This document shows positions 44,451 through 53,900 of a DNA stretch of 64,000 bases, in pieces; position 1 is the first letter of the stretch, and each line of letters begins with the position of its first letter. Below the pieces are notes generated by a model. It was not told where the DNA came from, searched no databases, and was given only the letters and a program-made list of their open reading frames with translations. The position numbers and the translations under genes were made by a program. The DNA lies in sequence record PP496439.1; one strand, given 5' to 3'.

Positions 44451-47400
44451 TTAGAAGGATGAATTGTTGACCATCATCACCATAATGTCATCGATGTTCT
44501 TGGCCGCTTTGGTCGTACCATTACCAGAGTTGCTGCCCCCACCACCGGATTGAACCACTTGTGGTGCAGGTTGTTCTTTAACCGCATTGGTGGTACGGTC
44601 CTGTGTCTGAATGAGTGCTGCCGTCTGTGCAGTCTGCAACTGCGACTTGCTCTCATTTAGATTGCTGCGTGCGGAACCAACGTCCTGCAGGTTGCTGTTG
44701 GCTGCACTCAGGGACTTGAACTCACCTGTGACAAGGGGTGCCGAAGATTCTACTGGCTTGATCATCGACAGGCGTTGTGCTGGTTCGGTCAGGACACCTT
44801 TGCTAACCTGGGGGTCCAGCATCACTGCCGGATCGGTAGGCTTGCTCTGGGTTATAGGAACCGGACCCGTAATTCCTTTGGTTGCCGACATTGGCTGATT
44901 AGCCGCAGGCGTGGACACAGTGGTGGCTGGCAGCGGAGTAATGCCTGGAATGAATGGCGTGGTAGGTGCAGCGTCGCCTTTAACCGGTACGTCGGTAGCC
45001 GGGCCAGCCTTGCCGATAGCCAGTGGCGCTATTACCTTGCCGTTGGTATCCACCTTTGGTACGGTCATGGACGTACTGATCGCAGCATCCACCTTGTTCT
45101 TCATATCCTTGCTGTACTTCTGGTTGTTCTCCGTACCATTCCAGGCGTCAAGCATTTCGATGTCGGAGATCTGACCTTGGTAGCCTTCCTGACGGAACAC
45201 TGCCTTGGCAATCGCCATCATCGTCGGCTGGTCGTTAGGATCCAGCTTCTGGTTTGGATCGATACCGGTTTCCTTCGAGACGGCCGTGACATAGCCACTG
45301 GTATCGTTCTCGTTCGGCGGTGTCAGCTTGTTGACCAACTGCTTCAAGGTCATGCCTTCCGCAGACACGTGCTTACGCGCCAGCTTGAACCACGCCCTCG
45401 CACCGTGCACGACAGTATCGAACTTCTCGAAGCCACCTTCCTGACCGACTTCACCTACCCACTGGTTCTTGTCGCTGGCCCGGATGTTACCTGGGTTGAA
45501 GTTCCGGGTTGCCAGTGTGGCTTGTCCTTTGAGTGGCCCAGAACCGGAACCCTGATACGATACGCTCTGATCCAGCGTACCCGGCTGCGGCAGAACAGGA
45601 ATGGCTTGTCCCTTGATGTTCGGCGATGCGCTGAAGTCTTCGGCAGGGCTGGATACGGACTGTTCTTTGTCGAACCAGTTCATCGGGTTGATGCGGGTTG
45701 CCAGATCCTTGGCTTTCTGCACCATATCTGCAATACGGTTCGGGTTGCTGAAGAAGTCGATGGCCGCACCGATGGCGATACCCGTCGGGCCAAAGATTGC
45801 ACCCTTGAGTCCACCTTCACCAAGGTAATCCTTAGCGGTGTCCAGCATGTTCGTGCCGAGCTTGGTCACAGAGTCCAGTGTACCCGACGCCAGATCCTGT
45901 ACCGACTTCCAGCCCTCCGTGCCCCACGTTGTGACAGTATCCCAGCCTTTGCTTAGGCCGGTCATCATGTCATTAGTGAAACCTTCCATGTACTTCGATG
46001 CTTTGTCCAGGCCACCCGCTACGGTGTCGGTGACGAACTTGGCTGCAGGCCCTAGTACATCGGTAACCTTGTCCAGCCCCGCATAGATATCTTTGGTGTC
46101 GATCAAGCCGAACGACAACCCCGAGGCAATAGAGGACAGTGCCGCTTGAGACTTCTGACCGAACGTGGCTTCTTGACCCGGCTTCAACCCAGCAATGTCT
46201 GCTGCGTTGTTCCAACCGTCGAACCCATCGTAGGCCGCCATCGCAGCAATACCAATAGGACCTAAGAGTTTGCTGGCGCCGGAAAGCAGCCCTCGACCTG
46301 CCAGCCGTGCTACCTTACCCCCAGCTTTGGCTAACCCAACGCCTCGACTGGCAAGCTTACCTGCACGCGTGGCTGGCCTTGGCCGGGCCGACGGGACGTG
46401 GGGCTCACCAGCAGATGGACCAGTTGGATGCGGCGTAGAAGAGTTACGAGGACGAACCGATCCGGTGGCTGTATCCAGAACAGCGTCAATGTTGTCATCT
46501 GTTTGGTCACGACCACGACGCAGCCCAACCAGACTACCAATAGCCCCTGCACCAGCACCTACAAAAGCTGCCATCTTGCCGACGCGGCCCGTAGCGAAGC
46601 GGCCAACACCTTTGGCAGCACGTCCCAGCCGACTGCCACCCCGAGCAGCACCTTCCGCTGTACCCCTTGCAGCTCCTTTGCGTGCAGCACGGCCTGTGAG
46701 GATAGCCGAACCAGCGGCACCCAGACCCCCCACGATACCGTCGGACAATCCTAGAGCAGCGTCGAAGTTACCCAAGCCTAGAGCATTGAGCAAGCCAGAG
46801 ATTGCGGTGGACGCTACGCCTTTACCAGCGGCAACGATGCCGGGGTTACGGACGAAGCGATCACTCAATTTGTTCTTTTGCAGCCCAGTCTCTACGTCGC
46901 TATGATCCAGCAATGACTCATCGAACTTCTCATTCAACTCTTTAAGGTTGAATACGATCTTTTCGTCAGTAGTATCCGACTGAACTTTCTGCAAGATGTT
47001 GGCAACTTTCTTGCTGGTGTGAGCATTCAGCTTACCGTCTGCCCGAAACGCTTTCTGCATAGCCACCACTTGCGCAGCGAATTGCGGAATGGCAGACAGC
47101 TGTTTGATCACACCTTGCATCGCATCCTTGCGTTCATTCAGGCTACCGTTCTTCAACGTCTTGATAGCACCCGCGATGTCCGCGTCTACCGACTGGCGTT
47201 GGAATGCAACCTTCTCATATCCCTTGAGCATGGTTGCAATCTGAGCGTATTCCTTCTCCGAGATGTCGCTGTTATGCGACAGGAGCTTCTCGATGTCCTT
47301 TAACTGCGGGTTCTCTTTCAGCTGGCGCGACTGGCGCAGGAAGCCAACGGTCTCCCCCGCAATAGTGCTCCGGTAGTTCTTACCCAGTCGGCGGTCCGTG

Positions 47401-47966
47401 ATACGATCAGTCATCTGGCTGACGACTTTGTTGCTGTCTACGTGCGCAATCGGAGAAACCGCTTTGAGATCGATAGCTACCGCTTTGGCAGACTCGACAA
47501 CGGCGTGTGCCTGATCAGAGTCAACCGACTTCCGGTTCAACACATCTTCGTACAGCTTGCGCTCGGGACCGGACCGGAACTTCTGAAGACGCTCCAGTGC
47601 ATCCATCTGGTCCTGAATGGTCTTTTGCAGGGACTCATCACCCTGCTTCTGAGCCTTCTTCATCTGCTTCATCAGTTCCAGCTGGGTCTTGCTGTAATCC
47701 AGCAGATCCGACTGGTTGCTCACCGAGTCCAGAATGGTGGTCAACTGATCATGCAAGCCTTTACCCATGAGGAAGGTGGGCACCATGGATTTCATGGCAC
47801 GCTTGAGCACGTCAACGCCTTCCGTGAAAGCACTAGAGGCCAATGCGTTTGACCGCTCGGCCATCTTGAGTTGCTTTTCACTCATCTTGTCCCGATCAAT
47901 GGAACTCGGGTCGATGTTGTTGCTCTTGAGGATGTCTAAGTACGTTTCATTGATTAGGGTCGGCAT
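44451..47966 (-). CDS. Tape measure protein with internal lysozyme-like domain
   Basis: Helical, Ala/Gly-rich; LLGPIGIAAMAAYD; internal RNFNPGNIR...PPNENDTSGY motif; follows the chaperone pair. Confidence 0.85.
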   Translation of the reverse strand: MPTLINETYLDILKSNNIDPSSIDRDKMSEKQLKMAERSNALASSAFTEGVDVLKRAMKSMVPTFLMGKGLHDQLTTILDSVSNQSDLLDYSKTQLELMKQMKKAQKQGDESLQKTIQDQMDALERLQKFRSGPERKLYEDVLNRKSVDSDQAHAVVESAKAVAIDLKAVSPIAHVDSNKVVSQMTDRITDRRLGKNYRSTIAGETVGFLRQSRQLKENPQLKDIEKLLSHNSDISEKEYAQIATMLKGYEKVAFQRQSVDADIAGAIKTLKNGSLNERKDAMQGVIKQLSAIPQFAAQVVAMQKAFRADGKLNAHTSKKVANILQKVQSDTTDEKIVFNLKELNEKFDESLLDHSDVETGLQKNKLSDRFVRNPGIVAAGKGVASTAISGLLNALGLGNFDAALGLSDGIVGGLGAAGSAILTGRAARKGAARGTAEGAARGGSRLGRAAKGVGRFATGRVGKMAAFVGAGAGAIGSLVGLRRGRDQTDDNIDAVLDTATGSVRPRNSSTPHPTGPSAGEPHVPSARPRPATRAGKLASRGVGLAKAGGKVARLAGRGLLSGASKLLGPIGIAAMAAYDGFDGWNNAADIAGLKPGQEATFGQKSQAALSSIASGLSFGLIDTKDIYAGLDKVTDVLGPAAKFVTDTVAGGLDKASKYMEGFTNDMMTGLSKGWDTVTTWGTEGWKSVQDLASGTLDSVTKLGTNMLDTAKDYLGEGGLKGAIFGPTGIAIGAAIDFFSNPNRIADMVQKAKDLATRINPMNWFDKEQSVSSPAEDFSASPNIKGQAIPVLPQPGTLDQSVSYQGSGSGPLKGQATLATRNFNPGNIRASDKNQWVGEVGQEGGFEKFDTVVHGARAWFKLARKHVSAEGMTLKQLVNKLTPPNENDTSGYVTAVSKETGIDPNQKLDPNDQPTMMAIAKAVFRQEGYQGQISDIEMLDAWNGTENNQKYSKDMKNKVDAAISTSMTVPKVDTNGKVIAPLAIGKAGPATDVPVKGDAAPTTPFIPGITPLPATTVSTPAANQPMSATKGITGPVPITQSKPTDPAVMLDPQVSKGVLTEPAQRLSMIKPVESSAPLVTGEFKSLSAANSNLQDVGSARSNLNESKSQLQTAQTAALIQTQDRTTNAVKEQPAPQVVQSGGGGSNSGNGTTKAAKNIDDIMVMMVNNSSF

Positions 47967-47976
47967 GGCCTGTTAC

Positions 47977-48186
47977 CTATTTCCGCTGGATCAAATTGGA
48001 GAGCATCTTCAACATGTTAGCGTTGCGGTCAGCCTCCTCTTTGAGACGGATCGTTAACAGGTTGTTCAGCTTCACCAGTCTGTCGTACGGCATAAATTGA
48101 ATGTGGAAGGCATCAACTATCCCTTCCGCGGCCAAATCGCAAGCCATTTTTAGAAGTAGGCGTGGCTCCACGAAAGGGTGTGACAA
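47977..48186 (-). CDS. gp51-like tail/hub assembly chaperone C-segment (probably reached by +1 frameshift)
   Basis: FMPYDRLVKLNNLLTIRLKEE resembles the gp51-like MxPWER...LL...LxEE pattern. Overlaps the upstream ORF by 74 nt with no good RBS. Confidence 0.6.
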   Translation of the reverse strand: MSHPFVEPRLLLKMACDLAAEGIVDAFHIQFMPYDRLVKLNNLLTIRLKEEADRNANMLKMLSNLIQRK

Positions 48187-49120
48187 GCATCGAGTCCTCC
48201 TTCACCTCGACACGAACATTTTTGATGACCCGTTCAATGAACTGCGGATAGAAGTTCTTTTGACCTTCCTCTTTCTCCGCTTCCATTTTTACCCAATCTT
48301 CGTTGAGCACTTTCTCTTTGACCGGGACGATCAAGTCCGAGATACCGTGGTAGAGCATGGTATCGATGGCCGTCAGCATCATCATCCGCTCGCCTGTAGC
48401 GTCGGCCACCAGCTTCAACATGGGCTCAAGGTCCTGATCACTGCCCAAAGCCAACCATGCGTGAGCCTGATTGATATCCTTGCGAACTTCTTCCGGGACA
48501 TTGAGGTAGGCCAAATGCTGGCGCAGAGTGACCGGCATGAACTCGATGCTCTGCATGCGACCGCTGATCTCAGTATCGAGAATGATCGGCAACTCTACGG
48601 TGAGTTCATCGAATTCCAGCTGAGATGCACGCATGATGTGGTGACATTCTACCTCATCCACCACGAAGGACAGCTGCACCTCTTCCGTACCCATGGTGGA
48701 GAACTTGCGGTACATCGCGATGCAGATGAAGTCACCCATAGTCAGGTCGAGCGGATCGATCCCGGTGGCAGTAATGCCGTCGAGAATGTGCATGAAACGC
48801 TCAATCTCGGAGAACCGCCCTTCACTGACCGTTTCAATCTCGGCAAACGTGTAGGGACGGTAAGACACCGTGACGCCCGCCGGGTAGGGGCGGAACTGGC
48901 TCGGCAGTTCCTTCATCTGGAACCACGGCACGTCCACTTCTTCAGTGGTGAGCTTCTGAGGGGGCAGTGGCTCGGGTGCTGCTTGCATCATGGAGGCCAA
49001 GCTTACTGCATCACCATCCACGGAGTCTTGATCAACGTCGCCCCAATCAAGGCTTTCCTTCTTAGGGTCGGGCGTATCCGCCTGCCGTTGGTGTGGGGGA
49101 ATGGGGTTCTGGGTGAACAT
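48113..49120 (-). CDS. gp26-like baseplate hub/tail assembly chaperone
   Basis: LPSQFRPY...VSYRPYTFAE...LTMGDFICIAMYRK; upstream of the tape measure. Confidence 0.75.
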   Translation of the reverse strand: MFTQNPIPPHQRQADTPDPKKESLDWGDVDQDSVDGDAVSLASMMQAAPEPLPPQKLTTEEVDVPWFQMKELPSQFRPYPAGVTVSYRPYTFAEIETVSEGRFSEIERFMHILDGITATGIDPLDLTMGDFICIAMYRKFSTMGTEEVQLSFVVDEVECHHIMRASQLEFDELTVELPIILDTEISGRMQSIEFMPVTLRQHLAYLNVPEEVRKDINQAHAWLALGSDQDLEPMLKLVADATGERMMMLTAIDTMLYHGISDLIVPVKEKVLNEDWVKMEAEKEEGQKNFYPQFIERVIKNVRVEVKEDSMLVTPFRGATPTSKNGLRFGRGRDS

Positions 49121-49147
49121 TATGGTGACCTCATTTATAGGTAGGGT

Positions 49148-50230
49148 TTAGCTGAAGAACTGACCGATACTCGTCTTGGCCGACTTGTAGCCACTGGCTA
49201 CCTGGTTTGCACCGCTGTTGATCGCGTTGTTAGCTGACTGCGAGATTCCACTAGTGGCGCTGTCGAACTTGCTGGAGACGGCACCGATGGCACTGGTGTA
49301 AGCACTGCTGACATCGTTCTGCAGGGTGGTCAAGCCGGTAGAGATGCGGTCGATGGCACTGTTGGCCGTGCTACTCAGCCCCGCAGCACTCTTGAGCAAG
49401 CTGGTCGCCGTTCCAGATGGATCCAGGTCGCTACGGGTTGCACCTGGCGAACCGATGACCTCAAGCTTGAGCACGTACTGGCTCAAGTCCCCTTGTGACT
49501 TGCCGGAGAACGTGAGCGTACCGGAAGGAACTACCTTGTACGGTCTAATCTCTACAGTGTCCTTTTGCCGGGACATCTTCTTGATGTACAGCATCTTGTA
49601 CGCATCACCCATGGGCACGATACGACCCCCTGACCCGCCGATGTTCTGGTTCATCCACGTGGTGAAGTAGTTGAACAGACTATTGACATGATCGTCCAAG
49701 AAGACAATCTGGATCGACATGGCGTGCGTACCTTCCATGATGGTGATCGTGGTAGGCCCCATCTGGAAGTCACGGGTGGTCACGTGCGCAGCGTCTTCCT
49801 CGATGTCAATTACCGGGAGCCAAGACTGGAAGTACGAGGGCAGCGCATTGGCGTCGGCCAGCTTGATGTCCCAGAGCTGATCCGTGTTCCACTCCACCTG
49901 TTGCAAGTCCAGCACGTTCTGCAAGTAACCGGAGTGTGCCGGGATAGGAGGTGAAGCGTTGGCATAGTTGCCGATGCTTCCCTGAAACAGCCCGAGGGAC
50001 GTCAGCCCGCTCTTGATGGCCCCCAGTGACAGGGAGTTGTCACCTGTGAGTCGATACAACTTGTCGTTGATCTTTTGTTCAACGTAGCCACCCAGCCTAC
50101 TCTGAATGGTGTTGCCAATGATGCCTGTTACCGCGCCAAGTGATCCACTCTTGCGATAGGTACTGATTGCCTCGATACCCGTAGTGAATGCCCCCAGCGC
50201 GCTATTGGTCTTTAGACTGAAAAGGCCCAT
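49148..50230 (-). CDS. Tail tube initiator (gp54-like)
   Basis: ATG at 50230 follows AGAGG. Tube-like core (IQIVFLDDHVNSLFNYFTTWMN) and a Ser/Thr-rich tail. Confidence 0.6.
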   Translation of the reverse strand: MGLFSLKTNSALGAFTTGIEAISTYRKSGSLGAVTGIIGNTIQSRLGGYVEQKINDKLYRLTGDNSLSLGAIKSGLTSLGLFQGSIGNYANASPPIPAHSGYLQNVLDLQQVEWNTDQLWDIKLADANALPSYFQSWLPVIDIEEDAAHVTTRDFQMGPTTITIMEGTHAMSIQIVFLDDHVNSLFNYFTTWMNQNIGGSGGRIVPMGDAYKMLYIKKMSRQKDTVEIRPYKVVPSGTLTFSGKSQGDLSQYVLKLEVIGSPGATRSDLDPSGTATSLLKSAAGLSSTANSAIDRISTGLTTLQNDVSSAYTSAIGAVSSKFDSATSGISQSANNAINSGANQVASGYKSAKTSIGQFFS

Positions 50231-50302
50231 ACCGATATCCTCTTGTATGTAGCGGCGGCGCATACACGTAATTAGCGTAAGGGCTTAGTTGCCACACAGA
50301 CG

Positions 50303-50337
50303 AAAAAAGCCCGCGCAGCTTGTGGCCGGGCGGGCTT
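50303..50337 (-). terminator. Intrinsic terminator
   Basis: AAGCCCGC/GCGGGCTT stem plus U6. Confidence 0.7.
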
Positions 50338-50358
50338 GAGGTGGTGCAAGTACAGGGT

Positions 50359-50850
50359 CTAGCGTTTGCTTAGCAACCCCATTATCGCCAGCAGTCGATC
50401 CTTAGTTGTGGCTTCGCCTGATGCGATTGGGGGCGTTTCCGGGGTTTCCTCCACCGCTGATACGTCCAATGGGGTGATCGTGCCGCCTGCGGCTTCCTGC
50501 GTTGGTTCCGGTGCGTCAGCCACGGCCAGCGCATCGACCCACGTTGAATCTGCGGGACCACGTTGCACGTCCCGGCCAGTCAGATCCACATTGGTTGCGA
50601 CGATGAGTTGATCGTCTTGGGCGTCAACTGCCCCGCCCTTCTTCATGGACAACACCGAAATGATCTCCTTGACCAGCAGTACGTCATTCAGGTTGATTTG
50701 CTTGGGGTAGCGTTGCACACTCTTACTTCGCATGTAGGCCACGTAAGCGCGAGTGGTAGGTGCATCCCACACACCAGGTTCATAATCGTCGTGCAGCAGA
50801 CCACGGCGTATGAACGCCCGCTGCACCTTGGCTAGCAAGGCGGTATCCAT
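50359..50850 (-). CDS. Hypothetical protein with possible peptidoglycan-binding-like N-terminus
   Basis: VQRAFIRRGL...GVWDAPTTRAY resembles PG_binding_1 (LQ..L...G...DG.FG..T..AV). Confidence 0.6.
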   Translation of the reverse strand: MDTALLAKVQRAFIRRGLLHDDYEPGVWDAPTTRAYVAYMRSKSVQRYPKQINLNDVLLVKEIISVLSMKKGGAVDAQDDQLIVATNVDLTGRDVQRGPADSTWVDALAVADAPEPTQEAAGGTITPLDVSAVEETPETPPIASGEATTKDRLLAIMGLLSKR

Positions 50851-50871
50851 TCAACAGTTCCTCTTGGTAGG

Positions 50872-50901
50872 CAGGGTGGATGGGAATTCCCATCCACCCT
50901 G
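50872..50901. repeat. Perfect 30-bp palindrome
   Basis: CAGGGTGGATGGGAATTCCCATCCACCCTG, intergenic, no U-tract. Confidence 0.9.
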
Positions 50902-50910
50902 TATCACGTG

Positions 50911-53900
50911 TTACGCCACCTCACGCAGCTTCCACTTGGTTTCGGCCTTGACTGCTTTCGCCAGTGCCCGACCGGCAGCAGCCTCGCTGATCTTGCCGAG
51001 GTCTGTGTTGCCGTCCTGCGTTTCGAGTACGTAGCCAGCCTTGGTCTTGACCAGTGCAATGAAGCGCGTGCCAGACTTGGTTTGGAAGCGACGGATCGTC
51101 TTGCCGGTTACTTCGGTGTTCACCTTGGCAGCGGGTGTACGCTTCTTCGTGCGCAGCGTCAGCGACTTGATCGTTTCCATGACCTCGTCGTAGTTGCCCA
51201 CACTTACACCTGAACGCACGATGGCGTCCAGTTCTGCCTTGGCTTCCGCCTTGCTGTTCGACAGGATGAACCACTCGCTGTCCGAAGACTCCCACTTGAC
51301 CGTAGGAACGATAACCTTGCGACGCACCTGTACAGCCGATGGTTGCTTAGTCATGTCTACCAAGATCCAGCATTCACCTTCGTAGAACATCACGTATGGA
51401 CGCAGTTCACCTTTCGGCACCGCGCGCTTGCGGTCCAGGTGGAAGTTGCGAACGTCGGTGTCGAGTGCAGCCTCGAAGTTCAGGAGTCGGCGCTTGCCTT
51501 GTGTGAACGCGGCTAGTGCGGATTCCAGATCCTTCAAGTAGCGCGGCTGAACCTCGAAGTTCTCTTTCAGCTTGTCGATGACGCTGGACAACGCCCGATA
51601 GGTCGGCACGATTGCATAAATGAACTTCCCGGTCTCGCGGAAGCCCAACTGCGTAGCCATCTTGTCCGTGACATCCGGGTCTTCGCGATCCAATGCCAGC
51701 TGGATCATGTTGTTCAACACACCTGGGTACACGTAGATCTCACCATCAAGATCACGGTTACGTTCCACCACGGCTTTCTTGACCGGGGCATCCGGGATCG
51801 GCGCGGGTGCGTCTTCCGGTTCCTCGGTGTCGTCTTCCTCCGGTTCCTCTACCACTGGATCGGATTCAGGCGTCGAGTACTGGGTGGCGCGTTCCGGCAT
51901 GCCCACCATCTCTGCCAGTCGCTGGCGTACGGTCACCTTGTTCGGCTTGAGGATCACGAACACCGCCAGCTTGTTAACCGAGACCGTGCCGATTTCCTTG
52001 ATCTTCACCTTGAGGGTGTTTTTCCCGGAGCTGATAACCTCTCCATCCCCGTACTCGGTGTGAACCTGCAAACCTTTCATGTCGGCTTCATCAGCCGTCA
52101 AGTCATTGTCTGCCAGCCAGTCGGATACCGGAATGATACCCAGCGCGTCTGTGAACGGCAGCTGCATGTTCGAGGTGTACGGCACCGTGATCAGCGCGGA
52201 GCCCGGCAGGTTACCCGCTGTCGGAATCTCCTTGGCTTTTGTTGGGCCGTCGTACGTCTTGAGAAAGTCGGCGTATTCATCCCGGCGGATCTTGGTGTAC
52301 TGCCCGTAAGCATCTACGTAGCTGAACAGCGAACCCTGATCGTCTTCCGAACCGAACTTGTTGGCGTCCATGATCGAATCAAGAGTCATGCTGACCAGCG
52401 GCAGGTTAGGCAGCTTGTCGTAACGAGCGTCCGACGCCTGGAAGCGAACCATCGTCAAGAGCTTCGACATCATCCGTGCCGTCTTGGTCACGTCGATAGT
52501 GCCGTCGGCAATGATGCGGTCGAAGAAGATCTTGCTGCGTGCACCATACTTGTTCTTCGGGTCGGGGCGGTTGAGTCGCGACTGCCCTTGTTCGAATTCC
52601 CCCGGCGACCATACCGAGTCCGTCGAGATCAAGCGGTTGACGAACTGGAAGTTGTGGCCTGTGTTCAGGGATGTCTCAACCCCGATCAAGCCGATGATAC
52701 TGTCATCCTTCTCGAACTTCGGCAGCAGCTTGTCCTTGTCTGCGGCGTAGTACAGGATAACCTTCTTCTGGAGGTCAGGTGGAAGCGATGCGTGCAATGC
52801 CTGAGCCGATGCCACATACGCACAGAAGATCAGCACCTTTCCGTTCGTTTTGTCGCGGCTGTGCTCATCGAACAACCGGATGATCTCTTTGGCTTTCGGG
52901 CTGATACGATCCGAGCCCTGCAATACCTTGTCACCAACCTTATCGTGCGCCGGTGCCGAGATGAACATTTCCAGTCGCTGCAAGTACGGACGCAGCAGCA
53001 TCTCGATGTTGGCGACGTTTTCCTCACCTTCATCCGACGCTTTCAGTTTCTTCATCAGATCCGCATCGGCCATGATGGCTTCGACGGCATCATTCAGAAT
53101 GTCCTGATAAACGGCCATCTGTTTCTTCGACAGCGACACCTTGTGGAACGTCTCAGTGGCCGCTGGCAACAATGCTGCCCACTCCCGCCGGGACACACGC
53201 ACGTAGTCTGCTGCGCTGTTCATCTGGGTACGCACGTCACGCTCGGCGTTGTTCTTCCAGCTGAGCGGTTTCCCTTGGAACGTCTCGGCAGCGTACCGCT
53301 CGATGAAGTCCTTCTTGGAACCGAACGTCGATGGCGACATGATCGAGAACTGACCTGCCGCATCCGTCAGTTGCCCGTGCACGTAGGTACCTGTGGTCTG
53401 ACGGAGGTTATCCGACAGGGTGGCCTGCGCCCGTACCGAGGAAGATCGTGCACTGTCCAAGTTGGCCAGATACTGCGATTCGTCCATGGACAAGTAGATC
53501 CACTCGAAGCGGCGCATCAGCTCTGAGTTGTTCGACAGGATCAGATCGGTGTTGCCGTACTGAATGCTGTACTGCCCGTTCTTGGGGAAGTCGAAGTCAC
53601 ACAGAACCAACGTGTTGACCGGCGCGTTGTAGATCAAGTTGTACATGTAGTCGTGACCGTAACGGTTGATCACGTCTGTGGACAGCACGATCACGTTGAC
53701 CGAACCTTGGGTCAAGTAAGTGATGTCCTCGATGTAGTTCTTGATCAGGTTCTTCGGGCACATCATCAGCGGACGCTTCTGCTGCTGGCCTTTCAGATCG
53801 CCACGCTCGTAATACTGACCGAGGGTGTACAGGCAGTCCAACACGTTCATCAGCGTCTTACCGCCGCCCGCATCCACGTGGTCAACCTTCTTGTCCGGCT

